Of a DNA stretch of 64,000 nucleotides, positions 24,982 to 37,445 are shown piece by piece (the stretch's first letter is position 1; every line of letters begins with the position of its first letter). Made by a program: the position numbers and the translations under genes. The notes beneath the pieces were generated by a model. It saw only the letters and a list, made by a program, of their open reading frames with translations, had not been told where the DNA came from and did not search any database. This stretch comes from Enoplolaimus lenunculus (Eukaryota): assembly GCA_030248215.1 (NCBI GenBank), contig JASANG010003711.1, forward strand, positions 558,001-622,000, written 5' to 3'.

Positions 24982-26253
24982 AACCTCAAACTCACCATCA
25001 CTCAACCATGTTGCCACTGATTTAAACTTTTTTCAGCCATTGTTGAATTTTGTGGAACCATTCAAATCGTTGTTCTGCGAGAACCTCAAATTTTTGTCAC
25101 CATTTTTTGGGAGCAAACGAAGCCACTACATTTATGCAAATTAGCAGAAACAGACACGAGAGAATGCTTCGAATCGCTACAGAAACTATAGTTTTTTTGC
25201 TTAAATTTTAACAAAGAAAATCTTCCAAAATTTCTTAGAATTTTGTTAAAACAAAAATTGCTGAAATGAAATTTATTAAAATTTTAATGCGAAAACTAGG
25301 TTTTTATTAATATAAGGATAATTTTTGTTTGGTGAGTAATTTGTTGGTTTTGACTGCAATTCGAAGCATTTTCAGCTCACGTCTGCATCTGCTCTCAAAC
25401 ACACTCGCGCTAAATATCGCATGATGCGAGAAAGTGACTCTGAGTGACGGACGCTACAAACTTTGCCAAAGCAAAAACTATTTTTTGACAAACAGGCGAA
25501 AAATACCTCGCTAAAGCTTAATCGAAGAACGTGAAGTTTTCGATAGCACAACGTAACGACTTCTGAAAAATGCTTCAAAACTTGCCGTCCTTCAACGCGA
25601 AATACCAGGGTCAGTACCGCTATACGTCTGCCAGAAACCAGATTAAACCAAGTTTTTCGCAGGAGAATTATCTTTATTTTAAAAGATGCTTCAAGTAATG
25701 GTAAAAACAACACCAAACAGATATTTTGAATGTGAACAAGTTTCGATATTAAATCGTTGACGGTGGGATCATGGCGAATATGAGTCGAAGAATGAGCGAT
25801 AGTATGTTTTCAAGTTCAGTGTTTTTAATTACGTTCATGCTTAATGGTAAATAAAGTCTTATTTTGTATTTCATAATTACACGTTCACAGCAACTGGTAC
25901 CTTTGCATTATATGCTTGTAATGGCGGCTAGTGTTTTTGAAGAACGGAACCAATGCACCGTCTCTGGATCTGCTACTGGATGTTTCTCTTATTTCAAATA
26001 TAGATCGTCCCAAATAGATCTAATACGTTTACTTCCGGTCTAAATGTCGTCAACAGAGTCGTGTACAACGGATATATGGGTTGTTTTCCATGAAGAATCT
26101 ACTTTAGCCATGAGATTCTGGATGCGCCATTGGTCGTCAAAATCAGTTTAATGTTACATTCCAATGTTGTTTGCCTTGTTAAGCATGTCTTATGTCGTCT
26201 TTCGTCTTTCTATGCTACAGTCTACATACAAATGTAACTCATATGGAAAACTG

Positions 26254-26434
26254 GGCCCATGTAAACGATCAGGGGCGGAACTTTCTTCTGCAAGACTGCA
26301 GTATGATAAGCCTAAGCTTTAGATTAATTTTTTGGATAGGCCTAGATTAGACTTAGGATTACGTATAAGATCATATTTACGCATAGGCTTAGGAATATGC
26401 TTGTACAGTTAAGACCCTGTTCTATACATGCGCC
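26254..26434. mobile_element. MITE family A
   Basis: ggcccatgtaaacgatcaggggcgg…gaccctgttctatacatgcgcc; flanks gaaaactg/gcaaaccg (6/8 match). Confidence 0.75.
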
Positions 26435-27217
26435 GCAAACCGGATAAACTTAAACACCTGAGAATGATATTATAGCTAGTATAACATAGCCAAATTTGAA
26501 ACTTGGCTGTTACATAAACTTGGCTAATATTTGAATGCTATTAAAAACCGGAAAATCTTAAAGAACTTAAAAACTGCCAAAAAGTGATTTTGAGATTTAA
26601 AGGTGTCCAATGCATTATTTAAAACTTGAATATTATAGGTATTTTTATACAGTTTCAATGGCTCATGTAAAACATCAGGCGCGATGCTTAAACTATATTG
26701 TTACGTTCTTGTTCTGTACATTGGACCGTTGCAATTATGTTAACTGTTACGCTTCAACAGGCATTACTACTAGAAAACTAGATTTAAACTCTTCGAGTTC
26801 AATGCATAAACAGCTGATGCTGTTTATTTTAATATCTGACTAGACTTATTTTGTTCCGCTTCAGTTTGGAAGACAACTCTAAGCTACTTGAAGTCTGCAA
26901 AGAAATTCAAAACGAGAATCATATTCGTATTTTGGAATCGTGTTCTGTCATGCACCTTGTACACCTTCTTGTTTACAAAGTAAAAACTGAAGAACGCGCT
27001 AATTTCTGAGCATAAGTTATGCCAAAATCTAAAATCGGAAATAGTGGGGGAAGTGGGCAAGAGTCCTTTGCCTCATCAACTGAGCTATGAACCCATTGTG
27101 ACGCACAAAAAATTTCCTAAATATTGATCCATGTGTCGGTATATGTGCGCGTAAGTGTATGTAAAGCAAATGTTGCCATGCATGTGCACATATACCGGTA
27201 TAAGAAATTGTTGCAAT

Positions 27218-27289
27218 GACCGCGTGGTGTAGTGGTAGCATGCTTGGCTCGAGCGCAAGAGGTTCGAGGTTCGAATCCCGGCGTGGTCA
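27218..27289 (+). tRNA. tRNA-like sequence (tRNA-Pro-like body, CGA at the anticodon position); probably repeat-borne/pseudo
   Basis: Acceptor stem GACCGCG/CGTGGTC, A-box TGGTGTAGTGG, anticodon arm CTTGG-CTCGAGC-GCAAG (one mismatch), B-box GGTTCGAATCC, short variable loop. Flanks shared with the 57163 copy. Confidence 0.55.
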
Positions 27290-27437
27290 TTAACTTTGGG
27301 CAAAACTTCAAACAGGGGTCGTGCAGATCGTCAGTACCAGCACCATGAAACACTGACTGACTCATTTCCGATTCTGTCCCATACAATTTTACATATCTAT
27401 GACTAACATGAGGCAAAATCCTGATCTCAATAAAAGC

Positions 27438-27620
27438 GGCTTATGTAAAGATCAGGGCCGAAACGTTTTCTGTGGTACTGAAATTGAGTACGCTAAACTT
27501 TAGTACACTATTTCTTGCTTAGGCTAAGGCTTAGGCTTAGGTATAAGCTCATTATTACGCTTAGGCATAGGCTTAGAAATATGCTTATACTACTTTTATA
27601 TCCCTGTTTATACATTGGGC
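27438..27620. mobile_element. MITE family A
   Basis: ggcttatgtaaagatcagggccg…(ttaggc)n…ccctgtttatacattgggc. Confidence 0.75.
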
Positions 27621-29352
27621 AATAAATCCAACAGGCACTTTCTGTCGGTCAGCTGTAGTCTTGTTTCATTTCGGCAAGAGACAACCTTGACTAATTTTGC
27701 ATGGTGATGAAACCCGTATTAAAAAATATCTATACAAACTCTGCCGTTAAGTGACTGTATACTGCCCTAAAATAAATCATCTGCGCATATAAAACGCTAT
27801 TTGTATAGCGCTTCTCATCAACATACACTCAAAATAATATTTCTGATAATTAAGAAAAAATTTCTTACATTTAAGAAATATAATTAGCAAGGCGCACTTG
27901 AAAAGTATTTCTGTTATAACAGAAAAGTTTTCAAAAAAGTTTTGAAGTAAAGTCTGAAAATGAACGTTTTCCAGTAATTTGTAGAAAAATTGTCTTAAAT
28001 ATCGGAAAAACTTTTCCGATTTGCCACAGAAAATACTTTTCTGAATAAATTCAGAAATACATTTTTGTGTGTAGACGCTTTTGTCTAAGCGCGAAAAGCG
28101 TTTTGTATTTTTGACACGATTCCTGCAATAAAAGCCGACTCTGTATAATAAAACTTAAGTGACCTGGTGACTGGTGAAGCATGCAAAACTCGTTTCAATT
28201 AAACAATGTAAAATAGCGGAAATCAAAACCGTGACAAAACAACGTTCAGTTTATGATGAGGTTTTTGTTCGTTGTTCTGTGAGCGTATGTTCATTGCTCA
28301 AAGTTCTGTTTTTATCTCCAGGTAAATTATACTAAACCCGCTGTAACCTGTGATAGGTTTTTACAATGTTCGGCTTTTGGTTAATGAGAAACAATTTTTT
28401 TAAATTGTGGTCGCTAATACCAAATTAAGGTTATTTTGTGTGCTGCCACTGTGAGAATGACTATGTCTCTTGGTTGTGCTAATGTCTGGCTATCAGACAA
28501 TTTTACTGAGCAAAAACGACGAAAACGTGCGAGTTTTAAAACACAATGGCTGGGTTTCTGAAATCTTACTTAATTATTTACTTTAGTTATGCTTAAGTGC
28601 TTAGTGCTTGGTCACCGGCATAAGTAAATCCTTGTGACCGATTACCATAACAAGAATGTAATACTACTGCTTTATATTAAGAAGATGCAATGAGAGCCTA
28701 CCATTTCAATTACACAAAGTTTAGTATGCCTGGCTTGAACAGTTTTTCTGTATAGTGTACAGATATAAGATTTATCAGCGACTATAGTATTTATTTAAGT
28801 ACGCTTTTAAAAATGACAAAAAATTAAGTCGATTACTACTTAAGTAAGATTTCAGAAACCAAGCCATTGTTTCGTGAGATGCGCTAATACAGAAATTTGG
28901 TAGCACATTTGAGCGAAAATAGATACAAACATGCGCCTTAAATCATGCAAAAATCGCTCAATTGTAAAATTGTTGTTTTGCAAAAATTCGTCCTATAAAT
29001 AAATAGCCATTGAACTGCAATATTTGAACGTTTTAGGTCGTGTATCAACAGCTGGGGCGATTTCATTTTTGGCCCACTGAATATAAAGCGTTAGCTATGT
29101 ATTTATCAGCGTTCTAATTTTACTCTTCAATTACTATTAAGTAATACGTATATACTAGTAAGTTTACAATATGACGAAACGCAACAGGCCATAGTCCAAG
29201 ATATAACGGCGTTTCGCGCATCCGCTGATTCAAAACAATTGCCGGTGACTCTGATCACCAAAGAAGTAAACACACTACCAGGACTAAACGGTATTCATGA
29301 TACATACAATGTTTAATATTTAGACCAGCTTGATAACGGGTCAAAATTAGCC

Positions 29353-32300
29353 ATGTTTGGGTTTATTGGAAAGCTTGGGTATTTGCTCGAAACGCTAGCG
29401 GGTCTTCTTGGCGCTAGATTTCAAAAATCATCATGGTTTTTTGAAAAGTTTCGAATGTTGCTGCCGGCGGCGCTTCTTGCGATTTTATCCGGATTTGCGA
29501 CCGCATTGTTCTACGTCATTGAGCGATATACACCGTTGCGAATCGAGTCGCCGCCCTTAAGTCACTCTGGGTGTTTAACGAACGCGTCTGTATGGGCAAC
29601 GCTGGATTACGTTAATTCGCTAAGTACAACTATTGGTAAGTTGATCAATGTACATTGAATAGCGAAAGTATTAGCACGTTTCTATTAACGCTCCCAAGCC
29701 AAAGTCTCAGCGTAAGTATAAGCGTATCAATCTAACTGCAGACCTAAGCCTAAAAACAAAGAATGTAGTCTAGACCTTAAAAGCATACTCCACTGAAATC
29801 CCTGCGTTGCCTCTTGGGTTCGTTCAAGGTCGTAGAGAGGGACGATTGTGAAAAAACTTATTTCTGTTAAGGTGTAAACCTGATATTCGTTTCGGTAAAA
29901 ATTATTGTCCGCCTGCGTCATAGAAATACTCAAAAATAATATGCTCATAGCTTAAATGCAGACATTACTGATTCTACGTTGTAAGGTGCAAAATTGCCAT
30001 GTAGCATGACAATGGCATTCTGCGGAAGATTTTATTGACAAAAGCTGCTGTTGTGCTGAACAAGTTGTCTTGAGCCTGCTGGCGCAAGGAAATTTGTAAA
30101 AGAAAATAAAACGTTCCAGGAGGTGTCCCGATATGTCTTAAACATTACGCAAGCGGGGTCAAAATTTTTGTTACGAGGCAGAATATTTTAGGGACTAAGC
30201 TCCCCGGTTTCATTTGGCTACTGTAGTGACCCGAATAAGAGAGTGGGGCTGATATTTATATGGCATCTGCAGAGGTTACCCCCCTTGTTATTCGGTTACG
30301 GACTGTTATTTATTTATTGCAACTATCCGTTGAATTTAAACGTTTATTTGTCTTGTGTCAGTAGCTTGTGCGATAATGCAAGATTATACTAAGGAATGTA
30401 CTTTCAAAACTTAAGTAAGCTTTAAAGTTTCGAACTCAACTTTATGCGCTACAGTTAGGTATAACTGACATTTATGGACTCCAATTAGGGTTTAGGGATT
30501 CTATCCGCTTACGGACTATTATTAGGGATACGAACTCCTATTGATTGACACTCAAAATGGGGACCCCCTCTTATTACCAGCCCTCTTATTCGGGTCACTA
30601 CAGTACGCGCTCGGTTTAATACTTTTAGTTAACATTTAAGTTTTAAATTACAGGTTACGGGTCAAGTTATCCTTGCACAGACCTTGGTCGAGTCTTAACA
30701 GTTATCTATATAATTGTCAGTGTGCCGCTCAACGTGCTGGTATTAGACAATATCGGCAAAATATGTCTGCGAATGCTTCACTGGATATGGCCTCGCCTGA
30801 AAAGTGCCTTTTCGTACACATTCGGCTGGCTGAAACACATTGAATGTCGAAAACAGCACAGAAAAAAGGTTGAAAGATGTTGTGTGTAACCAGAGTTGCA
30901 TTTTATCTGAGGGGACTCGTGGGTGAACGCGACTAAACGCGGGCCGGGTAGAAAATTGCTAACGTGGTTATCTCCGGCGAGTAAAACTCCCAAAGCGCGG
31001 ATAAAAATTTGTTAACCTTTGCCGACCTAAGATTTGGATCACGCAAACCAAGTTACAGCACAGTCATATGTGGTTCTAAACATAAACGGAAAAATTTCGC
31101 GGGTAAAATAATTCGCTGGTAAAGCGCTGGCTGGCTGAAAAATCTTTATTCACTTAAATATTATCGCGTAACACAAAGCTTTAGAAGAGTAAGTTATTTA
31201 TGGTATGCAATATCCTCTGAGCGGCAACACGCTAGATTTTGGCTTACAGATGTATATGATGACGTGTAGCCTATCAAAATTCTAGTTGGTGTTGCCTACA
31301 CATTCGCTATTTTCATAACTCAGCATTGGATTTAAAATTAGATGAATGAAGAAAATTTCAGCAGCTTCCTAGATTAAATAACGCTTTCCAAATGAAATGT
31401 AGCACGAGCAACAAGTACAAACGGTGTACGCGCAATAAATACACAATGTGCAGTGTTTAACAATTATTACATGTATGCGTAGTACAAAATGACCACAAGC
31501 GAGATTTCTGATGAAATTCAATTGTTGCAGTTAAGATTCGTTTCGAACAATTTTGTTCATATATTGCAGCGAAAACGAAACGCAGTGTCAACGAAAACCA
31601 CAGCAGATTATCCAGTTAGCGGCCAAAGGTCGGTGCCTGAGTCTCTTCCATTCACGTTGGGACTTACACTTGCTTTTATATGGATCCTGCTTACTTCGGT
31701 GTATTTCGCCCTTGTGGAAGGTATTTAATTGTAAACTGAAATACTGTGCTGAACAGAACCTATTACGAAATTTTTACCGCAATTGTAGTAGAACTCCGAC
31801 CGAGAACTCGCAGCATGCGAGTTACCGGTTAGCTGCTCTTACTGAAGATATTTATTTTATTAGTTGATTTCAGCTACGTCTATGTCAAATTTTGGGCCAA
31901 AGCCTTAGTATTTATACTGGTGCAGATTTTTAACGATAAGAACAGTTGAAAGTAGAAGAATTTCAGAAATTTTAACACCGATTAATGTATAACTCAAATA
32001 ATTCGTTTAGTTTTATCAATTTTGATTTCATTCGGCAAACTGTAGCATAACATCGGAACCTAGTGATTTGTAAATGCATATAGCACCTGTCGCCAGCTCG
32101 TAAACAAAGTCTTAATGTCATTTGTTTTGAATTGAAATGACAAATTTTTGACTCTTTGAAATCAAACTTTTAGTTTGTAACCTATTAACTTTTACGCCTT
32201 TTTTGCTGCATGTAAAACTGTTTTCTAGGGTGGCATTACTTTTCTGCAACATATTTTACATTCGTATCGCTGACAACCGTTGGTGTCGGAGATTTTGCAC

Positions 32301-33437
32301 CGTCACGTATGAATTTAACCATTCCAAATTATTTCACTATATACATGGGACTTGCCATTTTGTCAACATGCATCAATATTATGCAAGAGAATATTGATAA
32401 TTTGGTCGAAAAGTTAGAAAATCAAATTGCAGAAAACTATAGGCAACGATTAATTAACGCACAAGGTATGATTTAATGCGAGGGTTCCGTTATAACAACG
32501 CGGTGTACCATTGCTACGGTATTGAAACGGCTTTATTTTAACAATAATTCACACAAAGTACTGCTAAAGTTTTGCTTGCAATTAGTTTTTGGTCAAATCT
32601 TGACAACTGAAACATAAAACTTGCATAGAAGGTACTAAGATAACAAACCGATTAAACGCGTTCAGATTTCATTAACTGACAAAAAATATCGCTTCTAAAT
32701 AGTGAATTTTTTGAATCTTAAAAGACCAACGGCTGTTGCTTAGTTATTTTTTGCCAACGACAATTTATAAAAAACTAATATATGGGAGTAGTACTCATGG
32801 GGAAGGGTTTAAAGCGTCTCCCCTCATACATTTTATAAAGTGTGACCCTACCCTTTCCGAAATTCCGACCACGCCCATGATTCGATATTCAGTTATATAT
32901 AAAGGCTCAAAATGTTTAGGTTATCTTAGAATTTCAGAGTTACATGAATGGTAATTATACGAACCTGCCAAATAGATATAGGGAAATTTAGGAAGTGCAA
33001 GGCATAGTCTTATACTTAGGCTTAGGACTGCGCTTATGTTTTAGTTTCCGCTTTAGGCTTAGGATAGCGTGTAGGTCCATATTAACACGGGTCAATCAAT
33101 ATATGACTGTACAAATTTAGCCGAAGGTGATGACGATTCTGGAACGACAGCATCCAGCGACCGAACTGTAACATTCGAGAGTGAACGCGACGCTCAAACA
33201 GGCAAAAAAGCATCAAAACGAAAACGTGCCGAAAAACAACAAACAGACGAATTTAATTTGTCGAAAAAACAATCTGGATTACTCGGATCGTTGTTGAGTA
33301 AAAAACAAATCCAGCAACTCGACAAAATGTACGCGAATACGTCGAGTATGAAAGTCCGCGCGATTCAATGCCAACCGCAAACTGTAGACTCTTCATGCCA
33401 AACGCCGTATCCAAGACCGGCATGGAGATTGTTTTAG
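29353..33437 (+). CDS. Two-pore-domain potassium channel (K2P/TWK-like), paralog B
   Basis: Exons 29353-29635, 30654-30868, 31531(or 31570)-31720, 32229-32465, 33121-33437; same intron positions and phases as paralog A. P1 STTIG|YG, P2 SLTTVGVGDFAP. Confidence 0.88.
30221..30603. mobile_element. TA-flanked MITE family D (CTGTAGTGACCCGAATAAG TIRs; Tc1/mariner-like target)
   Basis: ta|ctgtagtgacccgaataagag…ctcttattcgggtcactacag|ta. Homologous copies at 45885-46322 and 61583-62001, with fragments ending at 18731 and 44240. Confidence 0.85.
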
Positions 33438-34707
33438 ACGAAAACACTAAAATAACAGAAACAAATCAACTTTGCCAGCATAGTTTGTAATATTTAATGC
33501 CTGTGTGTTTAATGCTTTTATTGTTCAATATCGAAAAAATCTGCGAACATTAAGTTTGGCTCGAACTTGAATTTTGCATCACAGCTCTTGTGCACTTCCC
33601 CGAATTTTATACATGGGTTTAAACTTAGAGAAACGCTTAAGTGCCTTCACTAGGACTATAAAGTAGTAACCCTATCGTTTGCCTCGGACTAAATCATATG
33701 TCTTAACGTTATATGGGATATATGGTGTTTACTCACAAGCATGGCATCGCATGCTTGACCTGCATTTGGTTTTGCCAAATTGAACGCTAAAACAATGTGC
33801 TTTTCAATCTTAAATATTTCAATGTGAATCAGATTGTATTGTAAATCAGTTCACTTCCATAAACTTCTCTGAATTGAATTAATAAACGTACTTAGGTTTC
33901 TTGTTAAAATTTAAAATATATCTAAAATCATGGATAACAGTAAAACTTGCTTTAGGCTTCAAGTACACTAAAACGTCTGTTCAACTGAAATAGTTGCATT
34001 TTTGGCAACTAAGTGTATTTTGGCAAACGCGCAGCTAACCGAAAGCCAGCTGAACCTAAATGCTATGCTGCAACCAGTTCGGCGAGATTTTGTCTTTATA
34101 GGAGTAAAAGTACACGTACATTATCTACACATTTAGCAAGAGTGGATTCAAGTTGGAGGTATCCGGAGTTGCTCTCACTCTCGCCATACACCTGCACAGA
34201 ATTAAAAACATTTATACCTGAATAAAAAAGCATCGTCGGGGTTTTTTTGCTCGACTAACTCGCTAAACATGATTTGAACTGGAAGCAACAAAAATCAATA
34301 ACGCTGGTGTGTAAATCTTCTCTCACTGAGATACATACATACACAAATATCCAAAGTCGAATTTCCCACCAGAAAATGCTTAAGCCCGTCACAATGACCG
34401 CAATTATTCACATTTCGACATGAGCACAGTTCGGTACAACTTCGGCGACTTCTTAGATGAGAATATCAGCTACGTAGCTATGGTATCATTTAGGTTGGAT
34501 AGATTTATTTTTTAACTTTAGAATACAGCAGATTAGCGTAAGCCATGTAAAACTACCTTTCGTACGTGCAGAAATTTTTGGAAGAAATGCAATCCCCCTA
34601 TCGGGCAGCTTGCGTACACCGCTTCTGTTGCCATATATTACATTTGTGTCCGTATTCATCTAAAAATACCGCCGCTTTGCGTTTTTGAGACGGCCTGGAG
34701 GCCGTCT

Positions 34708-34787
34708 CTATGGAAAGCAGTTGATGTTTCGGTGTGTAAATTTTACCCTATGGAAAGCAGTTGATGTTTCGGTGTGTAAATTTTACC
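34708..34787. repeat. Perfect 40-bp tandem duplication
   Basis: ctatggaaagcagttgatgtttcggtgtgtaaattttacc x2. Confidence 0.9.
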
Positions 34788-36668
34788 AAATTTGCAAAAG
34801 GAAAAGACGATAATTCCAGCTTACTTAATAAAATTTTGGTTTTCTAAGGTAAATGAAAGTTGCTAAAATTCTGCTTTCAACAACATGGAAAAGAACTGAA
34901 AATTTTCGAGGGTTAATTCATAAGTGACCCCCTTAAATAAGCTCTATCTGCCCCCCCCTGATTTTGAAAAACCTATTTTGGATCTTGCTATGTTTACCAT
35001 CAAGGTGATTTGCATATTTTTAAGTACATATGCACAATGCACGTTTGTACTTTGTTTATATGGAAAACACAAATCCACAGGACATTGTACACAAAATTTT
35101 GTCCTGGTTGGATGGCCGAAGCCGAATGGACAAGACAGTTGACTTAGGTGCTAGAGGCTATTAGTTACGCAGCTTCCGTGAAGTCTCACCGTCTTTATTA
35201 TTGAGGGAAACTTATATGGTTTCCTAATTTAACTACAAAAGCTGCCATTTCTCGCCATTTGGCGTTTTTTGTCACTATCCATTTCGGTATTTTACGCAAT
35301 GACTGTTTGTCAACAATTTATGTCTTATTTTTAAATTGATATTGTTTTTGTATAACTTATTTTTAAATTAAAAAATTTATAGCCATATGCAAAAACGTAA
35401 CAAGTACTCACTAAAAATATACTTAAAATTCAGTAAAACTGTTGCCCATTTAAGTGACGGTTTTACTTACTATGATGCATGGCAAAGTTTTACTTAATTG
35501 TAAGCAAATACAAAATTGTTAGCTTTATATACATTTACCTAATTAATTAGAAAATGACATCAGTAGGTATACTTTACATTATTTAAGCAAAGATTTACTT
35601 AATATTTAGTACACTTATACTTAAAAAAGTTAATAAAATATAACCAAAGTGTTTTAAGTAAAGTGTTTTTACAGATATTGGACGCACGAAAAATGGTTTG
35701 CATTTTAAACAGGAGCCCCAGTATGCGGTTATATTCAAATTCTGAATAGAAAATGTGAAGCACGCAAAGTTTTTGCCAATAACTAATTACAGAACTTTAG
35801 TGATAATATCTGTAGGAAACATTAATTAATTCTAATTCTACTCTGGTAACTTTTTGCAGTCATATGTTACAAAAATTTGTAGCTTGTACAACTTCAGGTT
35901 ATACTGTCTCCATAAAATTTTAGCGGATTGTGGCGGAAGGGTTACGCGATATTTAACATTTTAAGCGGTTTGGAACCACATAGGTTCTGAAAGAACTTTT
36001 GAAAAAGCGGGCCGTTAAACGTTTATTACTACAAGACGATAAACAAATTTCTGATTAGCTATCGAAGCTGCATTTTTGGCAGCGGACAGGCTAATGAGAA
36101 TTGTTTAAGTAATTTGACGACAACCCACTGATAACTCTGTTTACGTATATATACTTCGTGAAAATTTCTGACGTATATTGCGAGACTCGATGGGCCACAT
36201 TAATTGCCTATTGTTGCTATAAACTTAATAGATTAAGGAAAGAAGAATGTAGTATTTTCAGGAAGTTGATCTTATTTGTTTACCCCGTCTCCATTGCCGC
36301 TTTTAGAGGCTGCTTGTTACATTATAAACAACAACTCGGCAATGATCTAAAATTGGCGAGGATACCTGTTTTACGAGTTTTGGCCGTAATTACCTACTCA
36401 GGACGAAAATGCGTTAACTTATTAAAAAAGTTTTATGCATCAAACTTCAAGACAAAGAATTTGCTTCTATTATATTTGTCTGAGAATAAAAAGGTACTAC
36501 TCAAATACATAAATATTGCAAGATGTCTACAAAACTGGTTAGTATTGGTGAATATCACCAATTACCATAGCAAGATCCAACTTCCTTATCCAGTTACATA
36601 TTGTGAATAATCATAATGTTACTCATTTTTTTGTCCAGACGCATAAAAAAGCGTAAAAACTAATATAT

Positions 36669-36962
36669 GTCGTAGGCCAATCTGCTGTATCGGCCAATTA
36701 CCAATTGGCATAGGCTAATCTCTGCTACTCGAAGCAAATAGCAGGTTGGACTACGCCAATTTGCGATTGTGAGATTTACAAAACAACAGTGCTGTATACC
36801 AATGTTGATTGGTTAAAGGTGTTGCCCCTGTCTAAGCAATCAAATCTGATTGGTCCCTAAGTTCAATAGCAGTTTAGACCAGAACACACTGCTATTACGT
36901 GAAATAGCAGATTGGCCTAAGCCAATTAGTAATTGGCCTGAATAGCAGATTGGCCAATGATG
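36669..36962. mobile_element. Foldback/MITE-like inverted-repeat element
   Basis: ggccaatctgct…ggccaattaccaattggc is mirrored by gccaattagtaattggcc…agcagattggcc. Confidence 0.6.
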
Positions 36963-37445
36963 TAGTTTTATTTTTTCGATTGGTGTTGATTTTTGTAAAG
37001 TTATACCGTTGCTTTTTACAGATCTCAGCGATTATATATATGATTATTGTAATGTTATTTAATAATCTCCAAAAGCTTAAACTGACGACTTAAATTAAAC
37101 TAATCCAGCAGCATAAAAATAACATTCTAGATTAATAAAAAGATAGGTTTACACTTAAACTCATTTAAATCTCATATATTTTAGTTTAAGCTGCAACACT
37201 TAATGAATTCTTATATACACATAAATAAATGCTGCGGTGTACTTCTTACTTAATTCAAAAAATAAAGTTTAATTTAAACTCGTGTTCTACTTTAAAATCT
37301 ACAATCCCAGTTTAGTTATCCCGTCCAGCCATTCAAGTTTTACTTTAAAATAATATTTAAGTTTAGTTGAGCTGCAATTTAAGTGTAAGTTTTTAGAGAG
37401 TATAACAACAATAGATTCATTACAAAACCTTGATGTAACAACGCC

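Noticed and set aside
27218..27289. Functional tRNA-Ser(CGA)
   Set aside because: It has no long variable arm, has mismatches in the anticodon and T stems, lacks a clear T4+ terminator directly downstream, and shares flanks with a decayed copy.
29163..29352. Extra upstream coding exon of paralog B via a 33-nt intron (29291-29323)
   Set aside because: It is phase-compatible, but the intron is implausibly short and no start codon or acceptor was secured.
36158..36610. 150-aa ORF upstream of paralog C
   Set aside because: Non-ATG start, no recognisable domain and no paralogous counterpart near A or B.
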